Notes: a model not told the origin generated them from the letters alone. Counted from the stretch's first letter, positions 9,615 to 19,057 are shown. The stretch: DNA of 64,000 bases from an uncultured Acidobacteriota bacterium (GCA_963697285.1 CAVONI010000001.1:320812-384811); one strand, 5' to 3'. Numbers and translations are program-made.

Positions 9615-11228
9615 ATGACTGCTATCTGGAACAAGGCGAGCGCGGCACTGGTCGCGATGGCGGCCGTGGGGTTGCTCACGACCGCTGCCGACGCGGGCGC
9701 GCAGCAGCACAGGATGACGAGGCTGGGGAGCCCGGCAACACGGATCACCCCGCCAATCAAGGACACAGCCGGACTGCAGAAGACATTTGCCGTCCCGCGG
9801 AATCAGGCTGCCCTCAGCCGGGTGCTCGACAAGGCCGGGCTCACGAAGCTGACGCCGCAGGTGCTGTCGGCCATCACCGACGGCCGCGTCACCGAGACAT
9901 CGGTGGCGCCGGGCACCGCGATCCAGTGGATGGCGTTGCGACGCGCCGGCAAGGCCGACGTCGTCTCTGACGCCGTGTGGGCGGGCAAACAGCCGTTCGA
10001 GGCCTTCGCGTTCTCGGTGGATGACGGCGTGAAACGCTACAACTTCGTGGTGCCCAAGGCGTGCGGCAACCTCGCGCTGGTCTCGGTGACCGACGTGCCG
10101 TTGCCCGAGTGTGTTCACGTGGCGGTCAGCCGCTCGTGCGAGACCAAGCAGGCGACATTCACGGCCTCCGGCACCGCGATCTCGACGAAGCAGGCGACGA
10201 AGGTCACCGTGTTCCGCGATGCATCGAAGGTCGGCGAGATGCTGCCCGAGGGCTTCACGCTCACGCTGCCCGTGCAGGCTGGCCGCTACACGTTCATGGC
10301 GACCGACACCCACGGACGCGAGTACGGCACGTGCGAGCGCGACCTGACGGTCGAGGCCTGCGCGGCCCCGCCGCCAGTGGCCCCGCCGACTCCTCCCCCC
10401 GCGCCGACCTCATGCGGCGCGCTGCTCACCGCCACCCGCGTGTCGGGCGGCCTGAACATGGTCATCGACGGGTCGGCGAGTGCCGCGGGTGCATCACCGG
10501 CCGCGCGGGCCCATCTCACGCTGGTGGGGCCGGATGGCACCGTGCTGCCGTTCACGCACGACGGCACGCAGAAGTCCGAGCTCGAACTTGCGCCGCCCTT
10601 CCAGGCAACGCTGTTCGTGCAGAAGGCCAAGCCGGGGACCTACACGCTGCGCGCAAAGACGTCGAGCGCCGATCCCAGAGCCGAAGGGCGGTCGTGCGAG
10701 TCGACGGTGCTCGTGCCCGAGAACGACACGGTCGACTGGGTCACCGACGGGGCCTTCGGCAAGCAGCGTCGCCAGTACGAACTCGCGGCGATCGCGCCGG
10801 CCACGGGCACGATCGAGCCGGGGTTCTGCGACCCGATGCTGGGCGTCAAGACGGGCCCGTTGTTCTGGTTCAGTGATGAGCGGGCGAGCTTCGTGCCCTC
10901 CATCGGCGCCGCGTTCATGTTCGGCGACCTGGGACGCTTCGAAGGCAACGACAACGACTACAACAACATGTCGGTGTTCCTCGAAGGCGTCGTCAACTAC
11001 CACTTCAGCCCACGGGGCGCCTTCATCGGCACCGGGCTCGGCTGGTGGGACCTCTTCGACGGCGATCACGACACGGGCGCCTGGATCGTGAACTTCGGCG
11101 CTCCGCTGAAGAAGTCGGCGAAGGGCGACCTGCTCGTCATCGGCGAGGGGCGTGCGTTCTTCGATGCTCCCGACGGCGTCGACAACAACTACCAGATGTG
11201 GGGCGGCCTCCGCTACGTCTGGCGCTGA
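9615..11228 (+). CDS. secreted modular protein, paralog B (conserved N-module, Cys-containing Ig-like middle, beta-rich C-module)
   Basis: 537-aa ORF with signal-like ALVAMAAVGLLTTAADAGA. The N-module is VAPGTAIQWMAL...VWAGKQPFEAFAFSVDDGVKRYNFVVPKACGNLAL. The C-module is VDWVTDGAFGKQRR...DNNYQMWGGLRYVWR. Both modules align with 7006..8331. Confidence 0.75.
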   Translation: MTAIWNKASAALVAMAAVGLLTTAADAGAQQHRMTRLGSPATRITPPIKDTAGLQKTFAVPRNQAALSRVLDKAGLTKLTPQVLSAITDGRVTETSVAPGTAIQWMALRRAGKADVVSDAVWAGKQPFEAFAFSVDDGVKRYNFVVPKACGNLALVSVTDVPLPECVHVAVSRSCETKQATFTASGTAISTKQATKVTVFRDASKVGEMLPEGFTLTLPVQAGRYTFMATDTHGREYGTCERDLTVEACAAPPPVAPPTPPPAPTSCGALLTATRVSGGLNMVIDGSASAAGASPAARAHLTLVGPDGTVLPFTHDGTQKSELELAPPFQATLFVQKAKPGTYTLRAKTSSADPRAEGRSCESTVLVPENDTVDWVTDGAFGKQRRQYELAAIAPATGTIEPGFCDPMLGVKTGPLFWFSDERASFVPSIGAAFMFGDLGRFEGNDNDYNNMSVFLEGVVNYHFSPRGAFIGTGLGWWDLFDGDHDTGAWIVNFGAPLKKSAKGDLLVIGEGRAFFDAPDGVDNNYQMWGGLRYVWR

Positions 11229-11258
11229 CGACACGTACGCGGGTTGACGATCGATTGG

Positions 11259-11283
11259 CGGGGGCTGCAGTTGGCGGCCCCCG
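11259..11283 (+). terminator. candidate hairpin terminator after paralog B
   Basis: CGGGGGC (11259-11265) and GCCCCCG (11277-11283) form a 7-bp GC stem with an 11-nt loop, 30 nt after the stop. No U-tract. Confidence 0.35.
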
Positions 11284-11320
11284 TCAATGACACCTTGACG
11301 CGTGCAACGCTGCGGATGCA

Positions 11321-12274
11321 GTGTTGCACACCATGGAATCACGAGATCTTGGCCTCCTGGTGGCCCTCGACGCGCTGCTGCAGGAAGGCAGCGTGACACG
11401 GGCGGCGCTGCGCCTCGGCCTGAGCACGCCGGCGGCCAGCCACGCGCTGGCGCGCATCCGCGAGCGCCTGGGTGACCCACTGCTGGTCAGGTCGGGCCGG
11501 TCGATGTCACGCACCCCGCGTGCAGAGGCGCTCCGGCCGCTGGTGCGCAACCTGCTCGAAGACGCCTCGCTGGTGCTGTCACCTGCCGGGGCCTTCGACC
11601 CGCGAGCCCTCGAGCGCACGTTCACCATCTACGCCACCGACCACGCGCTCCTGGTGCTGGGCCCGGCGGTGATCCGCCTGGTCTCGGCCGAGGCGCCCGG
11701 TGCCGCGCTGCGGTTCCTTCCCAGCGTCGTCGACGACTGGGTGCCGTTGCGCGACGGCGCCGCCGACCTGTCAATCTGCCTGCCCGGGTCCTTTCCACCT
11801 GAGTTCCGCACGCGGCCGTTGCTGACCGAGCGCTTCGTGTGCATCGTCCGCCACGACCACCCGCGCGTCGGACGCCGCCTCACGCTCGACACCTTCCTCG
11901 CGCTCGATCACATCGTCGTCGCGCCGCTGGGCAAGCCGAGCCACGTCGACACGGTGCTCGCGGAGCGCGGCCTGAAGCGTCGCATCCAGTGCGCCGTCCC
12001 CTACTTCGCCGCCGCGCTCCACCTCGTGTCGGACAGCGATGCCGTGCTCACCGTGTCGGAGAGCGCTGCACGCGCGGTCGCGGCCACCTTGCCCCTTCGC
12101 GTGCTCGAGCCGCCGCTCCCGCTGCCCACGTACCCCGTCAACCTGCTCTGGCACCCCCGCCTCGAGAACGAGCCGGCGAACTGCTGGCTCCGCGAGGTGT
12201 TCGTGCGGGCCGCTGCCGGCAAGACCCACGCCCCCACCGCCCGGTCGTCGCGGCGGAGGACGCCGCCGCGATGA
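11321..12274 (+). CDS. LysR family transcriptional regulator
   Basis: The N-terminal wHTH reads LGLLVALDALLQEGSVTRAALRLGLSTPAASHALARIRERLGDPLLVR, followed by a substrate-binding domain of typical length. The start is GTG 11321 or ATG 11333. Confidence 0.85.
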   Translation: MLHTMESRDLGLLVALDALLQEGSVTRAALRLGLSTPAASHALARIRERLGDPLLVRSGRSMSRTPRAEALRPLVRNLLEDASLVLSPAGAFDPRALERTFTIYATDHALLVLGPAVIRLVSAEAPGAALRFLPSVVDDWVPLRDGAADLSICLPGSFPPEFRTRPLLTERFVCIVRHDHPRVGRRLTLDTFLALDHIVVAPLGKPSHVDTVLAERGLKRRIQCAVPYFAAALHLVSDSDAVLTVSESAARAVAATLPLRVLEPPLPLPTYPVNLLWHPRLENEPANCWLREVFVRAAAGKTHAPTARSSRRRTPPR

Positions 12275-12397
12275 GCGTCATCATCCGCCGTGCCCGGTGC
12301 GCTCCAGCGGCGGAGCGGACGCCCCCCGCCGTGATCGCATGCCTGAGATCGATGGCGGTGAATATTGCATGGCATGAAACACAGGCTTGCATGCCAG

Positions 12398-12414
12398 TGC
12401 ATTGATTGAATGCA
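12398..12414. promoter_or_regulatory. candidate LysR-type operator (T-N11-A dyad) upstream of the amidotransferase-like gene
   Basis: TGCATTGATTGAATGCA is a perfect dyad (TGCATT N5 AATGCA) in a locally AT-richer stretch. Two direct TTGCATG(G/C)CA copies lie at about 12365-12395. It sits between the LysR gene and the next operon. Confidence 0.3.
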
Positions 12415-12463
12415 TCCCGTCGCTCTACCGTGGCTGCGTCCGTTGTCACGAGGAGCACGTCCG

Positions 12464-13210
12464 ATGAGCGCGAACCTGAACCTGACCAATCCCGCCGCCC
12501 GCAGGCGCATCCTGCTGGTGGTTGCGAATCCCTCCACGTCCACGACCACCGGCTGGCCGGTCGGCTTCTGGTGGGCCGAACTCACGCACCCGTACTGGGT
12601 CTTCGTCGAAGCCGGCTACGAGGTCGACGTGCGCAGTCCGCTGGGCGGTGCACTTCAGGCCGACGGCTACAGCGATCCCGAAGACGCGAGCGGCTACTCA
12701 GCCCACGACATCCTCAGCCTCGGGTTCAAGAAGTCTCCAGGGCACGCGGCGCTGCTGGCGAACACGCCGAGCATCGCGGATGTCGATCCGGCTGCCTACG
12801 ACGGCATCTTCCTGGCCGGCGGGCAGTCGCCGATGTTCACCTTCCGTCGCAACACCGCACTCGAACGCCTCGTCGCCCGTTTCTACGAGGCCGGCAAGGT
12901 CACCGCCCTGGTGTGCCACGCGACGTGCCTGCTGCTCGACACGACGTTGTCGAACGGCGACCTCCTCGTGAAGGGCAAGACGTGGACGGGGTTCGCCAAC
13001 AGCGAGGAGCAGTTCGCCGACAGCGTCGTGGGCACGCGGATCCAGCCGTTCTGGATCGAAGACGAGGCGCGGAAGATCCCCGGCACCAACTTCATCGTCG
13101 ACCAGATGTTCAGGGAGTTCGCGGTGCGCGACGGCCGGTTGATTACCGGCCAGCAGCAGTACTCGGGTGCCGCTGCGGCCCGCCTTGTCGTGGAAGCGAT
13201 CGGCCGCTGA
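12464..13210 (+). CDS. type 1 glutamine amidotransferase-like (DJ-1/PfpI/ThiJ superfamily) protein
   Basis: ATG 12464 follows AGGAG. The sequence RRILLVVANPSTSTTTGWPVGFWWAELTHPY...YDGIFLAGGQSP...VTALVCHATCLL has the nucleophile-elbow Cys-His of the family. Confidence 0.8.
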   Translation: MSANLNLTNPAARRRILLVVANPSTSTTTGWPVGFWWAELTHPYWVFVEAGYEVDVRSPLGGALQADGYSDPEDASGYSAHDILSLGFKKSPGHAALLANTPSIADVDPAAYDGIFLAGGQSPMFTFRRNTALERLVARFYEAGKVTALVCHATCLLLDTTLSNGDLLVKGKTWTGFANSEEQFADSVVGTRIQPFWIEDEARKIPGTNFIVDQMFREFAVRDGRLITGQQQYSGAAAARLVVEAIGR

Positions 13211-13241
13211 CGAACCGGAGCAGGACGCGAGGACAACGATC

Positions 13242-13877
13242 ATGACCATTGCATTCATCGGATACGGCAACGTGGGCGGCGCGCTTGCCGACCGCCTTCA
13301 GCGCGCCGGGCACGACGTCACGCTGGCAGCGGCAGATCCGGCATCAGACAGCGTGACGAGGCTCCTGGCCAGGAACCCGCGGCTGCGGGTGTCGTCGCCA
13401 CGCGAGGCGGTGCAGGCGTCGGAGGTCGTGGTGCTCGCGACGCCGTTCCAGGCCAACGAGCAGGCCCTGGCGGCCGTCGCCGCAGAACTCGAGGCGAAGG
13501 TCCTCATCGACTGCACGAACCCCGTGGGGCCTGGCCTGGCGCACGGTCTCGGCAGCGCGCGATCGGGCACCGAGATGATCCAGGCGCTGCTGCCCGCCAC
13601 GAAGGTGGTCAAGGCGTTCAGCATCTACGGCTTCGAGAACTTCGAGGACTCAGCCTACCCCGGGTACGACGTCAAGCCCGTCATGATGTTCTGCGGCAAC
13701 GACCGACAGGCCAAGCAGACGGTGGCTGGATTGATCGCGCAACTGGGCTGGCAACCGCTCGACGTCGGCGGGGCCGAGCAGGCCCTGCACCTCGAGCACA
13801 TGACGCTGATGTGGGTGCGCATGGTGCGCGTGGGCGGGCATTCGCCACACGTGGTGTGGGCAGCGCTGACGCGCTGA
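13242..13877 (+). CDS. NAD(P)-binding oxidoreductase (NADPH-dependent F420 reductase / ProC-like fold)
   Basis: ATG 13242. The N-terminal Rossmann motif is MTIAFIGYGNVGGALADRLQRAGHDV, with family-typical VVVLATP and KAF blocks. Confidence 0.75.
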   Translation: MTIAFIGYGNVGGALADRLQRAGHDVTLAAADPASDSVTRLLARNPRLRVSSPREAVQASEVVVLATPFQANEQALAAVAAELEAKVLIDCTNPVGPGLAHGLGSARSGTEMIQALLPATKVVKAFSIYGFENFEDSAYPGYDVKPVMMFCGNDRQAKQTVAGLIAQLGWQPLDVGGAEQALHLEHMTLMWVRMVRVGGHSPHVVWAALTR

Positions 13878-13896
13878 GGCGCCGGTGAAAACACCA

Positions 13897-13926
13897 ACGG
13901 CGGCGTGCATCGAAGCACGCCGCCGT
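13897..13926. terminator. bidirectional hairpin terminator between convergent genes
   Basis: A perfect 12-bp stem ACGGCGGCGTGC / GCACGCCGCCGT with a 6-nt loop. It lies 20 nt after the stop at 13877 and 28 nt from the end of the minus-strand gene. Confidence 0.5.
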
Positions 13927-13953
13927 CGGTCGAGCACTCACATCACTTCAGCG

Positions 13954-16563
13954 CTACGGAAGCGCGCCCTGCAGATCCACGCGCCACGCGCTGCGACCGT
14001 GCGTGAACGCGTACAGCCGCTGCTGGCCCGTCTTGTTCAGGCGCAGTGACTCGGTCACCACGTTCGCGAAGCCGGTGACCTCCTTGTACCAGTTCAGCCC
14101 GCCATCGATTGACGTGAACACGCCCGCGTCGGTGCCGAGGTACAGCCGCTGGGTGTTCATCGGGTCGATCACGATCGTGTGGACCGGGATGTCGGGGATC
14201 CCTGTCACGCCGCTGCCGTCGATGCCGACCCAGGTTGCGCCCGCGTCGGTGCTCTTGTAGACGTGGCTCTGGCCGGCCACGGTGTTGAACGTCGCATACG
14301 TCGCGTACACGACGTTCATGTCGAAGGGATCGAACTCCACCGACGACACGTACCCGGTGCGCGGCCGAACGACGGGCCAGGCGGTTGCCGACGTCGCCGT
14401 GCCGGCGACGTTGGTGCGGTGGATGTATCCGTCGCTCATCCCCACGACGGCGTTGTTCTGGTTGACGGGAGAGACGGCGAGGGCCGACACGCTGCCGAGC
14501 CCGGCCGTGATGGTGCTCGCGCGGACCCAGGAGGCGGCCTGGTTGTTGGTCCGCCAGATGTACCAGCCGCCCGTCCACAATTGCTGCGCGTTCGCGTCGT
14601 TCATCGTGAAGGCGGTGATGAACGGGAAGCCACCGTCACCGGTGATGCCGGTGACCGCGTCGGCCCAGTTGAGGCCGCCGTCCGTGGACTTCTGGATGGA
14701 CAAGCCGGTGTACTCGGCGAACAGCACGTTGGTGTTGCCCGGGTCGACGGCGGTGTAACCGCCATCGCCGCCCTGGAGATCCTGCCAACTCTGGCTGGCG
14801 GTCGTGCCGCGCAGCGTGCCGTTGTCCTGCGTCCCGCCGAAGAACGTGTTGCCGTCCGGATACGCCGACCCGTGGTAGAACTGCGTCACCGCGTAACCGT
14901 TGTTGAGCGGCGTCCACGCAACCGCACCGGCCGTCGGGCTGCCGCACACTGCGTTCAGCGTGGTGCCCACGTTGGCGCGTGCGTCATCGGTTCGGTAGAT
15001 GCCGCCATCGCTGGCGACGAACATCTTCTTGTTCGTCACGCCGTCGTACTGCGGGTGGAACGCGATCACGTGGTTGTCGGCGTGGGCGTACTCCACATCG
15101 ACGCCCCTGGTGAACCACCAGTACGACGCCAGGCCCCAGTTTGCGCCACCGTCATCCGAGCGGAACAGGTCGATGCCGCCGGCCCACACCTTGTTGGGAT
15201 CCTTCGGATCGACCGCGATGACGTTGTCGTACCAGCCCTGGTTGTAGAACTGGTTGCTCGGGCCGTAGCCGCAATCCGCGAGGAAGGCGTAGACGGGGTT
15301 GCTGAGCAGCACTGTGTTCAGCTTGTTCGCGTCGGTGTTCCGCACCTGCGCCGTGAACGACCCGGCCGCGCCGCTCGTCGTCGAGCGGAAGACCGCCAGG
15401 AAGCCGTCCTGGTAGGCGTTGCCCGCGGTTGACGCCGTCAACGCGTAGAGGATGTTCTGGTTCGATGGCGCCAGCGCCAGCGACGTGCGGCCCATGGCCG
15501 GCTCCTGGGCCGGTCCCAGCACCTGCTGCCACGGCAGCGTGGTGCCGCCCTCGACGGTGCGCCAGATGCCGCTCGCGGCCTGTGTCACGAAGCTGCCGCA
15601 CGCGGCGAAGATGTAGCCGACCGTGCGATCGGTCTGCGTGACGAGGTCGGTGCAGCCTGCGACGCTGGGGCCGGTCAGCACGCGCGTCCACGTCGTGCCG
15701 CTGTCGAGACTCCTCCAGACACCGGTGCGGGTCGCGGCCCACAGGCGCGCCGAGTTGCGCGGGCTGACGATGATGTCGTTGACGTAGTAGAAGTTGCTGT
15801 TGGCCGTGCCGGCGACCTGCGACCAGGTGGCGCCGCCATCGGTCGTCTTGAAGATCCCCGCGCCACGCACGCCGTCGGCGTTGTAGAAGCCTTCGCCCGT
15901 GCCCGCGTACAGGATGTTCGCGTTCTTCGGGTCAATCGCCAGCGAGTTCACGGCGATGTTCGGCACCGCGAGGTCGGTCAACGGGGCCCAGGTCGCGCCG
16001 CCGTCGGTCGTCTTCCACACCCCGCCGGCCACGGCGGCCGTGTACATGATGTCGGGGTTCGTCGGGTTGAACACGATCTGCCGCGTGCGGCCACCGATGT
16101 TGCCCGGGCCCAGCGGGCTCCACGTCCCGAGGGTGGCGCCGGCAGCGGGTCCGGCTGCCGAGGCCATGACCTGCGGCCCGGCAGGCAGGATCTCGTTGGT
16201 CGCGCTCGAGTACTGCGGCATGCGATCGATGCGCGCCGCGGCCTGCAGATAGCGCTGCACCGGCAACTGCGGGAACGCCCGCGGCGTCTGCGCGCCATTG
16301 CGGGTCTCGATGCCCGTCGTGCGCTTGCGCGCCGCGAACATGTCGGCTTCGGCGGGCTGGTCGTAGCGCTTGAGGCCATCCTTGGCCGGCGGACGACGCG
16401 TCGTCGCGACCGACGGGGAGGGCGACTGCGCCTGCTCGGCACGGCCGACCGTGAACACGCCAACAGACACCGCGGCGACGAGCGCGGCGGTGGCATACGT
16501 ATTTGCTGAGAACTTCACAAGGGACCTCCAGGCAATGGGCCGGCGGGAGCGCGCGCGATCCAC
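13954..16563 (-). CDS. secreted BNR/Asp-box repeat protein (sortilin/VPS10- or GH74-like beta-propeller)
   Basis: 869-aa ORF with an N-terminal hydrophobic signal. At least seven S-x-D-x-G-x-T-W Asp-boxes are present (TTDGGATW twice, SLDSGTTW, SDDGGANW, STDGGLNW, STDAGATW, SIDGGLNW). Confidence 0.8.
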   Translation of the reverse strand: MDRARSRRPIAWRSLVKFSANTYATAALVAAVSVGVFTVGRAEQAQSPSPSVATTRRPPAKDGLKRYDQPAEADMFAARKRTTGIETRNGAQTPRAFPQLPVQRYLQAAARIDRMPQYSSATNEILPAGPQVMASAAGPAAGATLGTWSPLGPGNIGGRTRQIVFNPTNPDIMYTAAVAGGVWKTTDGGATWAPLTDLAVPNIAVNSLAIDPKNANILYAGTGEGFYNADGVRGAGIFKTTDGGATWSQVAGTANSNFYYVNDIIVSPRNSARLWAATRTGVWRSLDSGTTWTRVLTGPSVAGCTDLVTQTDRTVGYIFAACGSFVTQAASGIWRTVEGGTTLPWQQVLGPAQEPAMGRTSLALAPSNQNILYALTASTAGNAYQDGFLAVFRSTTSGAAGSFTAQVRNTDANKLNTVLLSNPVYAFLADCGYGPSNQFYNQGWYDNVIAVDPKDPNKVWAGGIDLFRSDDGGANWGLASYWWFTRGVDVEYAHADNHVIAFHPQYDGVTNKKMFVASDGGIYRTDDARANVGTTLNAVCGSPTAGAVAWTPLNNGYAVTQFYHGSAYPDGNTFFGGTQDNGTLRGTTASQSWQDLQGGDGGYTAVDPGNTNVLFAEYTGLSIQKSTDGGLNWADAVTGITGDGGFPFITAFTMNDANAQQLWTGGWYIWRTNNQAASWVRASTITAGLGSVSALAVSPVNQNNAVVGMSDGYIHRTNVAGTATSATAWPVVRPRTGYVSSVEFDPFDMNVVYATYATFNTVAGQSHVYKSTDAGATWVGIDGSGVTGIPDIPVHTIVIDPMNTQRLYLGTDAGVFTSIDGGLNWYKEVTGFANVVTESLRLNKTGQQRLYAFTHGRSAWRVDLQGALP

Positions 16564-16636
16564 GCGCCCTGACGACGAGGGTCTTCCGCGTCAAGCACGC
16601 GGACGACCCGTGACATGCGAGAGACGATGCGCGAGC

Positions 16637-17356
16637 TTATCGCGAAGAGACGCGCCGACGGAGGGCACCGCCGGCGAGGCCGAGGCCAACGAGCAGCAGC
16701 GTGACGGGTTCAGGCACTGACCCGCGTGGCGGGACCTGGACGAGAGGCTGGTTGATGGCGAAACCCGCGGGAGCATTCGGATCATCAGGGACGGCGTCGA
16801 ACGTCACCCGCGTGATGCCCGCGGCGCTGTCGGAGATCCCGATGAAGATCGCGGAGCCGTCCTGGTCGCCGGTGCTGTTGCCGTCGTTCCGTGTGAACGA
16901 GCCGAGCAGGACGTTGCCGGCGCCATACGCCGTGATGGTGGTCTGGAACGCGCCGAAGCCGAGGGTCTGTATCTGTGCGCCGACCGCCTTCACGGCGCTG
17001 CTGAAGTCGAGCGTCAGCAACCCGCCACCCACGGTGTTGAAGTTCTGGTCGAATCCGCCGCTCCAGAGGAGGGCTTCACCCAGGTTGAAATTCCCTCCCC
17101 AGAGTCCGCCCTCGTCGACACGCGTCTGCAGCGCGTTCTGATTGCTGAACGCGACCGTGCGAGTCAGATCACCGGTGAGCGTCACGGAGGCGCCCTGCGC
17201 GACGGGGACAAAATTCTCGACGCCAAGAAGAGCGAGGTTGGCCGACGCGTTTGCGCCAAGCGCGCCGGGAGTCGAGATGCCAATGACGGCAGCGGTTGAT
17301 GGCAGGGCAGTAATCGCCAGGATCGCCGCGACCGCGGCGCTTCGTACAAGCTTCAT
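16637..17356 (-). CDS. PEP-CTERM sorting domain-containing secreted protein
   Basis: ATG at 17356 follows GGAGGA. The signal peptide is MKLVRSAAVAAILAITALPSTAA. The C-terminus VPEPVTLLLVGLGLAGGALRRR is a PEP motif, TM helix and Arg cluster. Confidence 0.8.
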   Translation of the reverse strand: MKLVRSAAVAAILAITALPSTAAVIGISTPGALGANASANLALLGVENFVPVAQGASVTLTGDLTRTVAFSNQNALQTRVDEGGLWGGNFNLGEALLWSGGFDQNFNTVGGGLLTLDFSSAVKAVGAQIQTLGFGAFQTTITAYGAGNVLLGSFTRNDGNSTGDQDGSAIFIGISDSAAGITRVTFDAVPDDPNAPAGFAINQPLVQVPPRGSVPEPVTLLLVGLGLAGGALRRRVSSR

Positions 17357-17552
17357 TCGGAATCCTCCAAGAGGTAAGTAATCATTGGCACGCAGGTACT
17401 GTGCCAGCAGAGCTTGATGCCGATTACCTGAGATCGTGCCAGAGGTGGCCGAACTAGTTAGCTCGCAGGCTGACAAAAGCTCGTCGTTTCGAGCGCAGCG
17501 CCGCGTTCGGCATGAAGTACCATGGCCGCGGTTTCTCTCGTCCGGAGGCTCC

Positions 17553-19001
17553 ATGGAAGGCTGTCACTACATCGGCAACGCGTGGGTGCCGTCAACCGGG
17601 GGCGCGACGATCCCGGTCGTGGACCCGAGCGACGCGCAACCGTTCTCGACCATCGCGCGCGGGAACGCCGCCGACGTCGATCGCGCCGTTGCCTCGGCGC
17701 GCGCCGCCATCGGCGACACGTTCGACGGCCCGTGGGGACGCCTGACGGCGTTGCAGCGCGGTCGGCTCATGACGAAGCTGTCGAACGCCGTGCTGGCCCA
17801 TCACGAGGAACTGGCGCTGCTCGAGGCGCGCGACACGGGCAAGGCGCTCCGCGTGGCACGCAACGACGCCACCGCCCTGGCGCGGTACTTCGAGTACTAC
17901 GCCGGCGCGTGCGACAAACTGCACGGCGAGACGCTGCCCTACGAGGCCGGCTACACGGTGCTGACCATCCGCGAGCCGCACGGCGTCACGGGGCACATCA
18001 TCCCGTGGAACTACCCGATGCAGATTTTCGGGCGGACGGTCGGCGGCTCGCTCGCCGCGGGCAACGCGTGCGTGGTGAAGCCGGGCGAGGATGCCAGCCT
18101 CTCGTCGCTGCGGCTGGCCGAACTTGCCGCCGACGTCGGCTTCCCGGCCGGCGCCCTCAACATCGTCACGGGCTACGGCCCCGAGGCGGGCGCCGCGCTC
18201 TGCGCGCACCGTGGCATCGATCACATCTCGTTCACCGGTTCGGCCGTGACGGGCTCGGCGATTGCGCACGCCGCGGCGGAGCGTCACTGTCCCGTCACGC
18301 TCGAACTCGGCGGCAAGTCGCCGCAGATCCTCTTTGCTGACGCCGACCTCGACGCCGCCCTGCCCGTGGTCGTCAACGCCATCATCCAGAACTGCGGCCA
18401 GACGTGCTCGGCCGGCAGTCGCGTGCTCGTCGAGCGGAGCATCTACGAAGACGTGCTCGCCAGGCTCACGGCGAGATTCTCGACGCTCCGGTCGGGGCCG
18501 CCGGCGCTCGACCTCGACATGGGACCTCTCGTCAACGCCAGGCAGTTCGAGAAGGTGCGTGGCTTCCTCAGCCAGGCCGAACGCGAAGGCATCGCCGTTG
18601 CGGCGCGAGGCAGCGTGGCAGCCGAGGCGGCCTCCACCGGCTACTACCAGGAGGCGGTGCTGCTGCGTGACGTGCCGCCAGGCAGCAGCCTCGCGCAGCA
18701 GGAAGTGTTCGGCCCCGTCCTGGTCGTGATGCCGTTCGACGACGAGGCCGGCGCGATCGGGCTGGCGAATGGGACCGAATACGGACTGGTGGCGGGCGTG
18801 TGGACGCAGGATGGCGGTCGACAACTGCGCGTCGCGCGCAAGCTGCGCTGCGGCCAGGTGTTCGTCAACAACTACGGCGCCGGCGGCGGGGTCGAGCTGC
18901 CCTTCGGTGGCATGAAGGGGAGCGGCTACGGGCGCGAGAAGGGCTTCGAAGCGCTGCTCGGCTTCACGACGCTGAAGACCATCGCCATCAGGCACGGGTA
19001 G
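17553..19001 (+). CDS. NAD(P)-dependent aldehyde dehydrogenase family protein
   Basis: ATG 17553 follows GGAGG. Family blocks are LELGGKSP, the catalytic Cys block QNCGQTCSAGSR, and EVFGPV...NGTEYGL. Confidence 0.9.
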   Translation: MEGCHYIGNAWVPSTGGATIPVVDPSDAQPFSTIARGNAADVDRAVASARAAIGDTFDGPWGRLTALQRGRLMTKLSNAVLAHHEELALLEARDTGKALRVARNDATALARYFEYYAGACDKLHGETLPYEAGYTVLTIREPHGVTGHIIPWNYPMQIFGRTVGGSLAAGNACVVKPGEDASLSSLRLAELAADVGFPAGALNIVTGYGPEAGAALCAHRGIDHISFTGSAVTGSAIAHAAAERHCPVTLELGGKSPQILFADADLDAALPVVVNAIIQNCGQTCSAGSRVLVERSIYEDVLARLTARFSTLRSGPPALDLDMGPLVNARQFEKVRGFLSQAEREGIAVAARGSVAAEAASTGYYQEAVLLRDVPPGSSLAQQEVFGPVLVVMPFDDEAGAIGLANGTEYGLVAGVWTQDGGRQLRVARKLRCGQVFVNNYGAGGGVELPFGGMKGSGYGREKGFEALLGFTTLKTIAIRHG

Positions 19002-19012
19002 CAGAGAGAATC

Positions 19013-19057
19013 ACTCCCGGAGTGTTTGTCGGTGGGCGGCGGAATCACTCCGGGAGT
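19013..19057. repeat. paired ACTCC(C/G)GGAGT repeat, copy 1
   Basis: ACTCCCGGAGT (19013-19023) and its exact reverse complement ACTCCGGGAGT (19047-19057), each followed by a T-rich tail. Same architecture as 51799-51840 and 52518-52560. Confidence 0.6.

Noticed and set aside
17592-18995. Long antisense or alternative-frame ORFs inside well-supported genes (for example 17592..18995, 24133..25827, 20995..22044, 39348..40691, 43321..44250, 49485..50954, 49930..51795, 56117..58087)
   Set aside because: These are typical high-GC artefacts. Each overlaps a gene with clear family motifs on the other strand or frame, and their products are Arg/Pro/Gly/Ala-rich with no motifs.
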